A stretch of DNA of 52,815 nt from a virus (IMGVR_UViG_3300042868_004895:1-52815); one strand, 5' to 3'; positions 1 through 9,143 are shown, numbered from the stretch's first letter. The notes: generated by a model not told the origin, from the letters alone. A program made the numbers and translations.

Positions 1-2387
1 TGCTGCTCGATGGCGACCTTGGCCTGCAGCTCTGCGGCGTCCATCTGGGCGTCTATCTGCATCTTCTGGGCGTCCATCTGCATGCGCTGCGCCTCGGTTT
101 GCGCATCCATCTGCATGCGCTGCGCGTCGGCCTGTTGCTCGGCCTGCAGTTTCTGCTGATCGAGCTGCAGCTTCTGGCCTTCCAACGCCAGACGCGGGTC
201 TTGCATTGGCTGTTGCTGGAATTGCTGCATGACCTGCTGCGCCTGCTGGATGATCTGCGGTATCTGCGCGAACACCTGACTGCCCTCGGTCAACGCGGAC
301 GTCGACGCCTCGGCCAGCATGCGGTCGAGCGCCTTGCGTCCCTCGATGTCCTTCGGCTCCATGTTGCGCATCACGTCGCCGAGATCCTCGCCGTCCAGTG
401 CTGCGGTCGACACGTCGAAGACGGACGATGCGTACCAGAGCGCGACGTGCTCCTTGATGTGGTTGAGCATGGCGGGGATGTACACCGGCGCGAACACGGG
501 GTTCATGCCGAACGTCGGGGACATCATGTACGCGATGTGCGTCTGCAAATGCGCCAGATGGTCTTGGTTCGGAAAGGCCGTGACCGGCCGACCGAGCGAC
601 GCGGCGACGTTCTCGTTGACTGCGTTCTGCTCGGAAGGCTCAACGGCTGGGTTGAGCAGCTCCTTCGCGTTCGGCACCTTCAGCGTATCGAGGATGCGCT
701 CCTCGACCTTGCGCATGTTGTACATGCCGGGGATGGCTGCGGCGCGTTGCGCCACTGCCTGCACCTGCGCGTAGCGCTGCGCCTCGCTGAAGATGTTCGG
801 GTCGGAGACCGGCACGACGTCAAGGACGCCATCGAAGTCTTCACGCTTGGCCAGCTCTTCGCCCGCCTCTTTCTCCAGCTTCTCGTCGTCGAGATTGAAG
901 CCGTTGAGACGGTCGAGGATGCGCAGCATGCGCCCCATTGCGTCGTGCAGACGGCTGTGGATGGCCGAATAGACGACTGCGCCCTGCTCCAGCTTGGCAA
1001 GCGTCGTGCCGACCGGCGCGTTGGGGTTGCCGTCGGCGATGTCTTCCATCGACGTACGCACAACGCCCTTCGCCGCGTCGACAAGGAAGCCGAGCAGGCT
1101 GAAGAGCACAGGCGATGGCTGGTTGTACGGCAGAGGCATGGCCAGCTTGCGCACGTCGTCGACGTTCAGGCCGCCCTCGATCTCCTCGGTCTGGCCCGGC
1201 TGGATGGACAGGCTCTGCCCGCCGGATGTGCCGCCCTTGAGCTTGAGCATGGTCTGGCTGTTGCTGATGTGCGCGCTGTCGAGCAGCGCACGCAGCGCGC
1301 CGGTGGCCGCGCCGGACAGGCCGCCGATCATGTGCGGCAGGCCGATTGGGTAAGCGCCGCGCCACGGGATGAACGGGAACTCAACGAACCAGTACATCTC
1401 GTCGCGTGCCGCGTCTTCCTCGTCCCAGTTGCGGTAAACTGCGAGTACCTTGCCCGTCGTCTTGTCGACGCTGACGATGTACGGCGCGTTGCCCTCGCCC
1501 TCTTCGACTTCCATCGTGACGTAGCACTCGTACACGATGCGCAGGCCGTCCTCGTTGTAGCTGGTCTGGTCACGGCCCTCGATGCGGTCGTTCGCCTGTC
1601 CGGCTACGGACTGCTCGGGCTCCATGCTGGCGGGTGCCAGATCCACGTCGCGGTACATTCCGTCGCGTACGCGGTTTTCGTAGTCCAAACTGGTAATATA
1701 TTGCACGTGCGTCTTGCGCTGCGCCGTGTAGAAGTTCGTCGCTGCGTAAGGCAGGAGCATGTCGTCAATCGGCACGAACAGGAACGTCGGCCGGTTGCGC
1801 GGCGTGTCCCAGCCGAGCTTCAGGTACTGCGCGCCGCCGAGCGGTAGCTGCGTCATGAGCTGCTCGAGCTCGGCGCGTACCTCGGGGCACTGCACGGTCA
1901 TCTGCCAGTTGAGCAGGCTCGTCTTGCGCTTGGCCTTGTCGACCTTGTCCGTCGTCGTTGGGCCGCTGATGCTGTCCTTGGCTGGGCCGCCTGACGGGAA
2001 TATCTCCTTCATGGCGCGCGCCGCGAAGTCGACGCAGGCCTCGGTCATGACGGGATGCACGACTTTCGACGCGCCCTCGAACTGCGCGCCGCCGGGAGCG
2101 TCATCGCCCAGACCAGTGCGGCGCAGGCCGTCCTCGTACTGCTCGTCGCGCTTCTTGCGCGCGTCCTTGTCCTTGCTGATCAGGTCGAGAAGCTGCGTCG
2201 AGAGGCTGCTCAGCTCGTGCTCGGGCATGTCCTCGGCAAGGTTGCTGTAGAATTCGTTCTCGGCCTTCGGCGCGGCGTCGTCGCCGAAGCGCACAATCGC
2301 GCCACCGTCCTCGGTGTCTTCGACCTCGTCGTCGTCAACGTCGGGCAGATCCACGTACTCGCCTTCGGGCATCTCGTCTTCGTCCAT
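1..2387 (-). CDS. Portal protein (3' end truncated by window edge)
   Basis: Absent from the ORF track because it has no stop in the window. ATG at 2387 after GAAGGA reads MDEDEMPEGEYVDL..NLAE..RDEQYEDGLRRTGLGDDAPGGAQFEGASKVVHPVMTEACVDFAARAMKEIFP.. and the frame is still consistent at base 1, where it is Q/M-rich. Lies directly downstream of TerL. Confidence 0.85.
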   Translation of the reverse strand, partial: MDEDEMPEGEYVDLPDVDDDEVEDTEDGGAIVRFGDDAAPKAENEFYSNLAEDMPEHELSSLSTQLLDLISKDKDARKKRDEQYEDGLRRTGLGDDAPGGAQFEGASKVVHPVMTEACVDFAARAMKEIFPSGGPAKDSISGPTTTDKVDKAKRKTSLLNWQMTVQCPEVRAELEQLMTQLPLGGAQYLKLGWDTPRNRPTFLFVPIDDMLLPYAATNFYTAQRKTHVQYITSLDYENRVRDGMYRDVDLAPASMEPEQSVAGQANDRIEGRDQTSYNEDGLRIVYECYVTMEVEEGEGNAPYIVSVDKTTGKVLAVYRNWDEEDAARDEMYWFVEFPFIPWRGAYPIGLPHMIGGLSGAATGALRALLDSAHISNSQTMLKLKGGTSGGQSLSIQPGQTEEIEGGLNVDDVRKLAMPLPYNQPSPVLFSLLGFLVDAAKGVVRTSMEDIADGNPNAPVGTTLAKLEQGAVVYSAIHSRLHDAMGRMLRILDRLNGFNLDDEKLEKEAGEELAKREDFDGVLDVVPVSDPNIFSEAQRYAQVQAVAQRAAAIPGMYNMRKVEERILDTLKVPNAKELLNPAVEPSEQNAVNENVAASLGRPVTAFPNQDHLAHLQTHIAYMMSPTFGMNPVFAPVYIPAMLNHIKEHVALWYASSVFDVSTAALDGEDLGDVMRNMEPKDIEGRKALDRMLAEASTSALTEGSQVFAQIPQIIQQAQQVMQQFQQQPMQDPRLALEGQKLQLDQQKLQAEQQADAQRMQMDAQTEAQRMQMDAQKMQIDAQMDAAELQAKVAIEQ

Positions 2388-2398
2388 TGTATCGTCCT

Positions 2399-3880
2399 TC
2401 ATTGGCTATACGGGTTTCTGTACACCTTTGGCGCGGGTCTGTCACCCTCGGTGCGCTTCGGTGGCTTCGTGAGCTTCAGCAGGCCCTTGTCCATGAGGAC
2501 GCGGATCGCCTGCGTGGTCTGGTCGACGTGGTCGTCGTGCTTGATGCTGCGCTCGCCGGTGAAGCTGCAAAGCTGGTGGATGACCGGCTCGCACCATGAT
2601 CGCGGCTTGCCCGGCTTCTTGTCGCTCTCGGGCATCCAGACGCGGCGCTGCGCGAAGATGGGCGAGGCCATGTGCAGTCGGCTGAGCTTGTCTGCGCGTC
2701 CGGGGTTGTACGCGAATGCCTGTATGCCCTCGCGGTCGAGCATCTGCCGCAGCGATATGCCGCTGCCCTTGTCCTCGATCAGGAGCAGGTCAGGCTTGCG
2801 GCCCGATGACAGTGGCTTGCCGCTGCCGAACATGGGCTTGATGAGCGCCGTGTCCTCGTCGTCTCCGTAGCGCACCGCGAGCTCCTTCTTCACGCGCTTC
2901 ATCAGGTCGGGCAGGCCGAGATGGTCTTCCCAACAGTCGAGCAGGATGATGTGGCTCATCTCCTTGTACTGGAACAGGCCCCACACGCCGCACGCCGTCG
3001 GGTCTGGGTCGCCCTTACGGTCGAGGCTCTTCTCCGTGTACGCCGTGTCGAGCGACATGATGATGAAGTCGAGCCTCGGCAGCGGCTTTTCTGCGGGCCA
3101 GAGGTTGATCCAGCTACGCTGCACGATGCCGCTCTCTTCAGGATCAATCAGCTCCCCGTAAAGCTCCTGTCGCCCAAGCGTTGTGCCCTCGTATTGCGCC
3201 AGATTATCGAAGAAGGTCGACGGCAGGTTGGCCTTGTTGTCGTACGTCGAGCCGCGCACGATCAGCCGGTTGGCCTTCGGCGCGGTCAGGTTGCGGATGA
3301 GCTCCTTGGGCTTGGGCGTCGTGGTCCACAACACCTGCGGCCGCTCGCCCAGACGCATGCCCATCATCATCATGTCCCACGTGTCTTCGTCGTACTGCCA
3401 CGCGGCCAGCTCATCACACCACGCCCGTGTATGCTGTGGGCCCCGCAACCTCTCAGGCTTCTCTGCCGTGAAGCCGCGTATCGTGCAGATGTTGCCAGCC
3501 GCGTTGTACATCTTCACAACGAGATCCGACTTATTGTAATCTGCAAGTAGGGCGTTGGGCAGTACGTTGAGTATGCCGCTTTCGCCCTCGAAGCAGGTAA
3601 ACTTAACGTCCTGATACGTTGGCGCGATGACGCAGCTATCGAAACCGCTTTCGTCCTCGAACACGGCACGCGTCAACCACTCTGCGCCGACGCGCGTCTT
3701 GCCGAAGCCGCGACCGGCGAGGACGCCCAGCTCCGTCCAGTCGGTGCGTGGCACGAACTGATTGGCGCGCGCAGTCCTGCGCCAGCGCAGTTGCCAGTCG
3801 AGGTGCACGCGCTGCATGGGCGTGAGGTCGTCAAGCGTCATGCGACTGAACGTGTCGGTGATGTCGTGCATGGGAGGCAT
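2399..3880 (-). CDS. terL: Terminase large subunit
   Basis: Walker A AGRGFGKT, PERLRGPQ, Walker B WCDE, TTTP coupling motif, RNase H-like nuclease (SLDTAY, IEDKGSG, HDDHVD). Confidence 0.95.
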   Translation of the reverse strand: MPPMHDITDTFSRMTLDDLTPMQRVHLDWQLRWRRTARANQFVPRTDWTELGVLAGRGFGKTRVGAEWLTRAVFEDESGFDSCVIAPTYQDVKFTCFEGESGILNVLPNALLADYNKSDLVVKMYNAAGNICTIRGFTAEKPERLRGPQHTRAWCDELAAWQYDEDTWDMMMMGMRLGERPQVLWTTTPKPKELIRNLTAPKANRLIVRGSTYDNKANLPSTFFDNLAQYEGTTLGRQELYGELIDPEESGIVQRSWINLWPAEKPLPRLDFIIMSLDTAYTEKSLDRKGDPDPTACGVWGLFQYKEMSHIILLDCWEDHLGLPDLMKRVKKELAVRYGDDEDTALIKPMFGSGKPLSSGRKPDLLLIEDKGSGISLRQMLDREGIQAFAYNPGRADKLSRLHMASPIFAQRRVWMPESDKKPGKPRSWCEPVIHQLCSFTGERSIKHDDHVDQTTQAIRVLMDKGLLKLTKPPKRTEGDRPAPKVYRNPYSQ

Positions 3881-4344
3881 CAGGCCGCCGCGTCAGTCTC
3901 GTCAGCGCCCGGCTGTTGTGCGACAACGCTCGACAGTAATTTGGTCAGTGCGATGTTGTCCGCGTTTGCGTCGATCTTGAGGGTCTCGCCCTCCTTGTTG
4001 CCGATGCTTACGTCTTGCTTCGTGCCGTACTTCTTTGGGCTCCAGCATGCGAGCAGCTTAAGACGCGTGTCGATGCGCAACTTGCTGAGTTGCACGTGTT
4101 CGCTAATGGCGCGCGTGCCGTCGGCTATGTCGAGGATGTCTTCGGCCAGCGCCTCGAAGCCCAAATCTCGCGCGCACGCGACCCGTGCAGCGAACTCTTC
4201 GTCTGCTCGCATCCAATCATACACAACGCGCCAGCCCGGCATGTCATCCTGCCTGCAAAGCACGCGCAGCGCGATGCCGTTCGACAGGCCGTCGATGATA
4301 CGCTCCTCAACCTCGGGGGTACGTTTCGATTGGCGCTTGGCCAT
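3880..4344 (-). CDS. terS: Terminase small subunit (Sf6-like)
   Basis: N-terminal HTH (TPEVEERIIDGLSNGIALRVLCRQDDMPG), C-terminal RIDTRLKLL..PKKYG; abuts terL. Confidence 0.85.
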   Translation of the reverse strand: MAKRQSKRTPEVEERIIDGLSNGIALRVLCRQDDMPGWRVVYDWMRADEEFAARVACARDLGFEALAEDILDIADGTRAISEHVQLSKLRIDTRLKLLACWSPKKYGTKQDVSIGNKEGETLKIDANADNIALTKLLSSVVAQQPGADETDAAA

Positions 4345-4401
4345 AAGTCTGCATGCTCCGCTCTATTAGGCAGTACTACCAGTAAGGCCCCAACATACGC
4401 A

Positions 4402-5007
4402 TCACAACAAACCTTGGCAAGGGGTGCCGAACACAACACGCCCAGACGCCAAGCGAAGCCCACCAGACCGCGCCAGAGACTGGACGGCCCTCACGACCAT
4501 CTGCCTGCGCGTATCGCGCCCAGTGCCCGCCGCAAGCTTGCCTATGGCATGCTTAACCAGATCCGCGACCGTCGCGCTGTCGGCAACAACAGCCAGATCC
4601 TCGGCCGCACGCAATACGGCACCCTCGACGCGACCAACACGCGGCGGTGCCTTGACCTTCGCCGCCTTGACCGGCCTCGCGAGACGCTGGGCCTCCGTCT
4701 TCCACGCGTCCCGCATGTTCGTGCTGAACTGAAAGCGGTGCGCCTCACAACACCGCGTCAGGTGCGGCGAGGACATCCACTGGTGCACTTCCTTCGTCGT
4801 GATGAAATACTCCTCGCAGGTCTCGATGGCACAGCGCGCCTCCAAATCCACGAACAGCTTGAACTTACCGCGATGCTTGAACGGCCGAACGCCGATCACC
4901 TCGAAGTACTGCTCGATGTCAGGCAGGCAGAACTTATCCCCGACGGCCCACCGCACAGCCTTGTGCCCCTCGATGAAAGCACCGACCTCGTCTGCGTTAC
5001 TCCACAT
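4402..5007 (-). CDS. Hypothetical protein with a C-terminal domain paralogous to the primase-helicase C-terminus
   Basis: GGAG RBS; GRVE..VL..GRDTRRQ.V.RA.Q.L..LRL..G..F is shared with 12782-13006. Confidence 0.75.
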   Translation of the reverse strand: MWSNADEVGAFIEGHKAVRWAVGDKFCLPDIEQYFEVIGVRPFKHRGKFKLFVDLEARCAIETCEEYFITTKEVHQWMSSPHLTRCCEAHRFQFSTNMRDAWKTEAQRLARPVKAAKVKAPPRVGRVEGAVLRAAEDLAVVADSATVADLVKHAIGKLAAGTGRDTRRQMVVRAVQSLARSGGLRLASGRVVFGTPCQGLL

Positions 5008-5029
5008 ATCAAATCTCCAATCTGCTCGG

Positions 5030-5058
5030 GCTGTATATTTTTATAAAAGCAAATGCAA
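5030..5058 (-). promoter_or_regulatory. Putative leftward sigma70-like promoter
   Basis: TTGCAT-17nt-TACAGC, with the same GGTGTTG context as the rightward promoters at 5240 and 13025. Confidence 0.45.
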
Positions 5059-5239
5059 CACCCTTTCACATCTTACTGTACTTGCACCGCACCATTAGCA
5101 TCAGCAACTTGAACTACAAGTTAAGTGCTGATGTACTGATGCGTGTTGCAGAGTGCACCGCGCAGCACGACGCAACGTGATGCGCAAATGGTGTAAATGG
5201 TGCAGATAAAAATAATTTGCAAAATAATGCAAATAGGTG

Positions 5240-5302
5240 TTGACCTACCTTCAAACCCACAGTATGAGGGTACATCAGTAACGAAGAAACGGAGTACACA
5301 AC
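5240..5302 (+). promoter_or_regulatory. Early promoter and conserved leader L1
   Basis: TTGACC(5240)-17nt-TATGAG(5263); ATCAGTAAC at 5274; GGAGTAC; ATG 5303. Confidence 0.75.
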
Positions 5303-5569
5303 ATGACAAATATCGAAGCTAAAGCAGAAATCGCCCGTCTCGCATCAGTGCCAGTCGCGCCAGATTATTTTGTAGCTACTGACGGCGAGCTTTGCGCAGG
5401 ACCAGTTAACGGTTGGGTATCACCTTATAGTTCAGAAGCCGCTTGTGCGACGGAAGCAGAAGCCGAGCGTCGCGCAGCTCGTCAAGGTGGTTGCGTAGTT
5501 ACACGCCGCTCACCAGCCGAAGGTCGCGCTACTCGCCTCGCCCGTCTTGAGGCGATTGCCGCAGCTTAA
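5303..5569 (+). CDS. Early hypothetical protein
   Basis: 88 aa ORF with GGAG RBS, first gene after promoter L1. Confidence 0.75.
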   Translation: MTNIEAKAEIARLASVPVAPDYFVATDGELCAGPVNGWVSPYSSEAACATEAEAERRAARQGGCVVTRRSPAEGRATRLARLEAIAAA

Positions 5570-5576
5570 CCCAACC

Positions 5577-5592
5577 GGGGGCTTCGGCCCCC
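5577..5592 (+). other. GC hairpin with cUUCGg tetraloop
   Basis: GGGGGC-TTCG-GCCCCC with no U-tract; sits just before leader L2. Confidence 0.7.
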
Positions 5593-5596
5593 ACCC

Positions 5597-5621
5597 TATC
5601 AGCAACACAGGAGTACATCAC
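5597..5621 (+). promoter_or_regulatory. Conserved leader L2 (no promoter of its own seen)
   Basis: TATCAGCAACACAGGAGTAC; ATG 5622. Confidence 0.7.
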
Positions 5622-5876
5622 ATGACCATCATCACACAAGCAATCGAGACGAAGTACCTCAAGGCCACCAACGTGCGCGGATCGCGCATCAAGGCCACCG
5701 CACTGGCTGGCAGCCTGACCGTCGGCTACGACTACGCCCTCGACAGCGACGCCAACCACGCGGCCGCAGCGCAGGCGCTCATCGCACGCCTCGGCTGGAC
5801 TGGCACATTCGCTCAGGGCGGCAACGCTGCGGGCACTGGGTACGTCTTTGTCAACATCGAAGGAGCGCTGGCATGA
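5622..5876 (+). CDS. Phage hypothetical protein
   Basis: MTIITQAIETKYLKATNVRGSRIKATA; start reassigned to the ATG after AGGAG. Confidence 0.8.
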   Translation: MTIITQAIETKYLKATNVRGSRIKATALAGSLTVGYDYALDSDANHAAAAQALIARLGWTGTFAQGGNAAGTGYVFVNIEGALA

Positions 5877-5968
5877 CAGCCTTTCACGCCGCAACGACCA
5901 TCTTCTTCTTGGTCGTCCTGCCCGCCATCATCACCATCGCAATCATCAAGACATTCAAGGGAGAATAA
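5873..5968 (+). CDS. 31-aa membrane peptide
   Basis: MTAFHAATTIFFLVVLPAIITIAIIKTFKGE; AAGGAG RBS; ATGA overlap. Confidence 0.6.
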   Translation: MTAFHAATTIFFLVVLPAIITIAIIKTFKGE

Positions 5969-5969
5969 C

Positions 5970-6161
5970 ATGACCGACTTCCACGTACAGGACCACGGCA
6001 GCATCATCATCCTTCTGCCACAGACGACTGTGGCCAAGGACTGGGCCGACGAGCACTTCCCCGAGGACGCCCAGAACTGGGCCAACGGCACCGTCATCGA
6101 GCGCTGCTACTTCAAACCGGTCTACGCGGGCATCATCCGCGACGGCCTGACCATCAGCTAA
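5970..6161 (+). CDS. Hypothetical protein
   Basis: 63 aa, GGAG RBS. Confidence 0.75.
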   Translation: MTDFHVQDHGSIIILLPQTTVAKDWADEHFPEDAQNWANGTVIERCYFKPVYAGIIRDGLTIS

Positions 6162-6173
6162 GGAGCAAGACAC

Positions 6174-6323
6174 ATGACGAAGATCCACTCGAAGGCATAC
6201 GGCGGCAGCGTCACGACGCAGGTTCACCTGCGTGAGCTGTGGGCACTACTCGGTGCCAGCACCCAGCAAGAGGCCCGCAGGGCGCTTCAGCAACTGCTCA
6301 AAAATAGCTATTGCAATGCCTGA
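6174..6323 (+). CDS. Small hypothetical protein (49 aa)
   Basis: MTKIHSKAYGGSV..; preceded by ATCAGCTAAGGAG, a partial leader. Confidence 0.55.
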   Translation: MTKIHSKAYGGSVTTQVHLRELWALLGASTQQEARRALQQLLKNSYCNA

Positions 6324-6368
6324 TTGCATCCTTTAAGGGTACCTCATCAGCAACAAGGAGCACACGAC
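6311..6368 (+). promoter_or_regulatory. Early promoter and leader L3
   Basis: TTGCAA(6311)-17nt-TAAGGG(6334); ATCAGCAACAAGGAGCAC at 6346. Confidence 0.7.
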
Positions 6369-6632
6369 ATGATACGACCAATCATCAACAACAACGGCAC
6401 CAACGCCCTCGACCTTATCGACGCCCGCCGCAACGCGATGGCCCTGATCAACGAGGTTATCGACGCGCTCAAGCAGGTGACGCCCAACGGCCGCGACTAC
6501 CTCGGTGATCGCGACCGGCTCATCGCCGACCGTAACCTCCACTTCGACCGACTGGCAGCACTGCACGCACTGCGCGAGGAGCTACTCGACGAGGCACTGC
6601 ACATCCAACAGCAAGAGAAGGTGGGAGCATGA
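6369..6632 (+). CDS. Hypothetical protein
   Basis: MIRPIINNNGTNALDL..TPNGRDY; start placed after AAGGAG. Confidence 0.8.
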   Translation: MIRPIINNNGTNALDLIDARRNAMALINEVIDALKQVTPNGRDYLGDRDRLIADRNLHFDRLAALHALREELLDEALHIQQQEKVGA

Positions 6633-7018
6633 CAAAGACACACTGCGTACATGGGCATGAGTACACGCCAGAGAACACCCGCGCCAACAATCGAGGCCAG
6701 ATTTACTGCCGGATATGTTCGTGCATTAGAGCGCAACGGTACAAGGCCAAGAACCCCGACGTCGTTAAGGCCCACCGCGCAAAGTACCATCCGGTATGGC
6801 AGGAAAAGAACAGGCCCAAGATGCGCGCGAAGTCACGCGCCGCTGGCAGCACGTCTGCTGTGCATTACAACGACGGCGTGGAGGCCGAGCGCGCCGCGAC
6901 TGTGGCGTGGCTGCGCAAGAGCGCCAAACTTAACCCGCACATGCCCGAAGCGCAGGCGTTGGTTATCCTCTTTTCCAACGCCATCGAGGACGGCAAACAT
7001 CACGGAGAACCAAAATGA
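6629..7018 (+). CDS. Protein with an HNH-associated Zn-binding motif but no nuclease core
   Basis: KTHCVHGHEYTPENT..YCRIC. Confidence 0.7.
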   Translation: MTKTHCVHGHEYTPENTRANNRGQIYCRICSCIRAQRYKAKNPDVVKAHRAKYHPVWQEKNRPKMRAKSRAAGSTSAVHYNDGVEAERAATVAWLRKSAKLNPHMPEAQALVILFSNAIEDGKHHGEPK

Positions 7019-7209
7019 CACCCAAGCAACTGGAACTGAACAGCCTGCTACTGCAATACGAGATGCAGGTATTGGCACTATACGAGCTGCAACGCACCGA
7101 CCCTAGCGCGGATGACTACATCGACGACGTGGAGCTGGATAAGTCCATCGCGAAGCGTCGTGCGGACATGGAGCGCCTACGCGGCGCGATCCTCGAGTAC
7201 GCGGCATGA
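7015..7209 (+). CDS. Hypothetical protein
   Basis: 64 aa, GGAG RBS, ATGA overlap. Confidence 0.7.
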   Translation: MTPKQLELNSLLLQYEMQVLALYELQRTDPSADDYIDDVELDKSIAKRRADMERLRGAILEYAA

Positions 7210-7475
7210 CCGCCATCACCGAGGACACACCCGCAGGCGGCCCAGAGGAGCTTCAGTGGAAGATCGACCGGCTGATCGAGCAGGTCGAGCGGCACGCCGC
7301 CGAGCTGGAGCGCGAGCGCCACGCCCACAGGGAGACACAGAAGAGCCTGAGCAAGGCGCTTGAGAAATCACTCAACCTAACATCGCGCCTGACCGTTGGC
7401 GTCCTGCGCAAGGCAGGCTTCACGGTCGAGATCGAGCTGCCGGACGTCTGCGACGCCTGCGGCGAAGAATTTTAA
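7206..7475 (+). CDS. Hypothetical coiled-coil protein
   Basis: 89 aa, ATGA overlap, C-terminal CxxC. Confidence 0.7.
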   Translation: MTAITEDTPAGGPEELQWKIDRLIEQVERHAAELERERHAHRETQKSLSKALEKSLNLTSRLTVGVLRKAGFTVEIELPDVCDACGEEF

Positions 7476-7486
7476 GGAGAAGACCA

Positions 7487-8167
7487 ATGACCGTACCACA
7501 ATTAGAGAAACGCGTACTTGATTACCTGACCACCAAAGGCGCAGCCACTAAGTTCGAGATAAAAGCAGCCATCGGCTGCAGCAAATCGGGCGTGCAGCTC
7601 GCCGTTAAGAAGCTCGTCGCCAGTGGGCGCGTCGAGACCACGCCACGCTTGCGCAAGCACAACTCAGCCCGCAGCCACGCCGTCTACTCGGTCGTTGTCG
7701 CGAAGCCCATAGCGCCTGTGTTCAAGCAGCCAGCAGTCGAGAGCGTGAACGTCTTCGAGCACCCCGAGATCTACAACCGCTTGCGCGAGTTGGAAGAACA
7801 CACGCGGCGCTTGGACAAGATCGTCACCAATCTCAGGGAAGACCTGACCGACGCCACCGCCGGGCTGAAGAACGAGCTGGGCGCGCTGGCTAAGGAGCAC
7901 ACCGTAAACAACACCCGCCTGAACAAGGCGGTGAAGTACATCAACGATCTCGACCTCAATCGCATCCGCATCGACGGCGTCATACAAGAGGATCGCTGGC
8001 GCATGGACGATATTGCCGAGCGCCTGCGCGCACTGGAGCCGCAGCCCGCAGTCGATCCGCTGTACACCGAGATCGAGCGGGACATCACGGATAAGCTTGG
8101 CGGTCAGATCAGCCCCGAGCTGCTGCGCGCCACCATCGACAACGCGTACGCCGAACGGAAAAAATAG
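7487..8167 (+). CDS. Winged-HTH plus coiled-coil protein
   Basis: EKRVLDYL..GAATKFEIKAAIGCSKSGVQLAVKKLVASGRV; TAAGGAG RBS. Confidence 0.75.
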   Translation: MTVPQLEKRVLDYLTTKGAATKFEIKAAIGCSKSGVQLAVKKLVASGRVETTPRLRKHNSARSHAVYSVVVAKPIAPVFKQPAVESVNVFEHPEIYNRLRELEEHTRRLDKIVTNLREDLTDATAGLKNELGALAKEHTVNNTRLNKAVKYINDLDLNRIRIDGVIQEDRWRMDDIAERLRALEPQPAVDPLYTEIERDITDKLGGQISPELLRATIDNAYAERKK

Positions 8168-8170
8168 TTG

Positions 8171-8228
8171 TTGCACATACCCTCAAACTCCTCTAGTGCG
8201 AGGGTATCAGCAACAAGGAGTACACGAC
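8171..8228 (+). promoter_or_regulatory. Early promoter and leader L4
   Basis: TTGCAC(8171)-17nt-TAGTGC(8194); ATCAGCAACAAGGAGTAC at 8206. Confidence 0.7.
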
Positions 8229-8462
8229 ATGATTAACTGGACTAAAGACGAACGCGTAGCCGCTCTGCTTCCGCAGATCCTCGCGCACATCAACGAGAAC
8301 GACGAGTTCTCGCTTGAGCATGAGGCTCAGCTTGAGCTGATCCGCGACGAGTATCTTTGGGAGCGCTCGAACGACTATCGCGGCGAGTGCGCCGACGCAT
8401 TCGAAGAGTGGCACGGCCAGCCGACAGTCGAAGAATACATAATCGCGGAGATCGAAGCATGA
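8229..8462 (+). CDS. Acidic hypothetical protein (77 aa)
   Basis: MINWTKDERV..; start placed after AAGGAG. Confidence 0.75.
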   Translation: MINWTKDERVAALLPQILAHINENDEFSLEHEAQLELIRDEYLWERSNDYRGECADAFEEWHGQPTVEEYIIAEIEA

Positions 8463-8662
8463 TTACCGAAGACACACAGCACGACGTGCTGCTGCGCGCA
8501 GCCGAGCTGCTCAAGGAGCAGGAGGCCCTAAAGGTCAAACTACGCGTCAACGAGGCCGCCCTGACGGCAGTCGCACGCCAGTACGGCGAGGCGTACCGCA
8601 TATGGGGCTTCCGCCCCACCGAGGTGCTGCGTCAGGCCTGCGTAGCGCGGGGCATCCTGTAA
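8459..8662 (+). CDS. Hypothetical protein
   Basis: MITEDTQHDV..; GGAG RBS, ATGA overlap. Confidence 0.7.
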   Translation: MITEDTQHDVLLRAAELLKEQEALKVKLRVNEAALTAVARQYGEAYRIWGFRPTEVLRQACVARGIL

Positions 8663-8847
8663 TGGCGCGGCCCATGACATACCCGATGGGCGACCTCGCC
8701 GTGGGCGAGAGCGTCAGCATGCCCGCAGACCAGCCCGGCGATGCGAAGCGGATTGCTCGGAACTGCAGCCAGTATGGCATCCGTAAGGGTCGGGCATACC
8801 GGGTACGCACTATCGAGGGCGTCGCCTTCATCACGAGGCTAACATGA
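8662..8847 (+). CDS. Small hypothetical protein, possibly DNA-binding
   Basis: MARPMTYPMGDLAVGESV..; TAATG overlap. Confidence 0.7.
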   Translation: MARPMTYPMGDLAVGESVSMPADQPGDAKRIARNCSQYGIRKGRAYRVRTIEGVAFITRLT

Positions 8848-9143
8848 CAGACACACCACCAAACTGGGTACTGATCGAAGCCGCGAAGCGGTGCGATTGG
8901 GCACCGGGGAAGACGCTGGCGCAGATGCGCGGGCATATCCACAATTCGGGTGCTTATCGCGCCCTGTGCGACATGATCCAGAGATACGAGCAGCCGCCCG
9001 TGGATCGCAAGCTGCTGTGTGCGCAAGCCGCCGTTACTGGCGCGCTGATTGAATTGGATGCGTCACACTTCCCAAAGAAAGAATGTATATGGGATTGCTG
9101 CGTCCGCGCCATCGAACTTTGGGAAGAGGGGTTCGGGAAATGA
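8844..9143 (+). CDS. Hypothetical protein
   Basis: 99 aa, ATGA overlap. Confidence 0.7.
   Translation: MTDTPPNWVLIEAAKRCDWAPGKTLAQMRGHIHNSGAYRALCDMIQRYEQPPVDRKLLCAQAAVTGALIELDASHFPKKECIWDCCVRAIELWEEGFGK

Noticed and set aside
40-130. Short DNA repeat CATCTGCATGCGCTGCGC
   Set aside because: Encodes the AQRMQM repeats of the portal coiled-coil tail.
99-1847. 582-aa plus-strand ORF
   Set aside because: Antisense shadow of the portal gene, typical of high-GC codon bias; no recognisable motifs.
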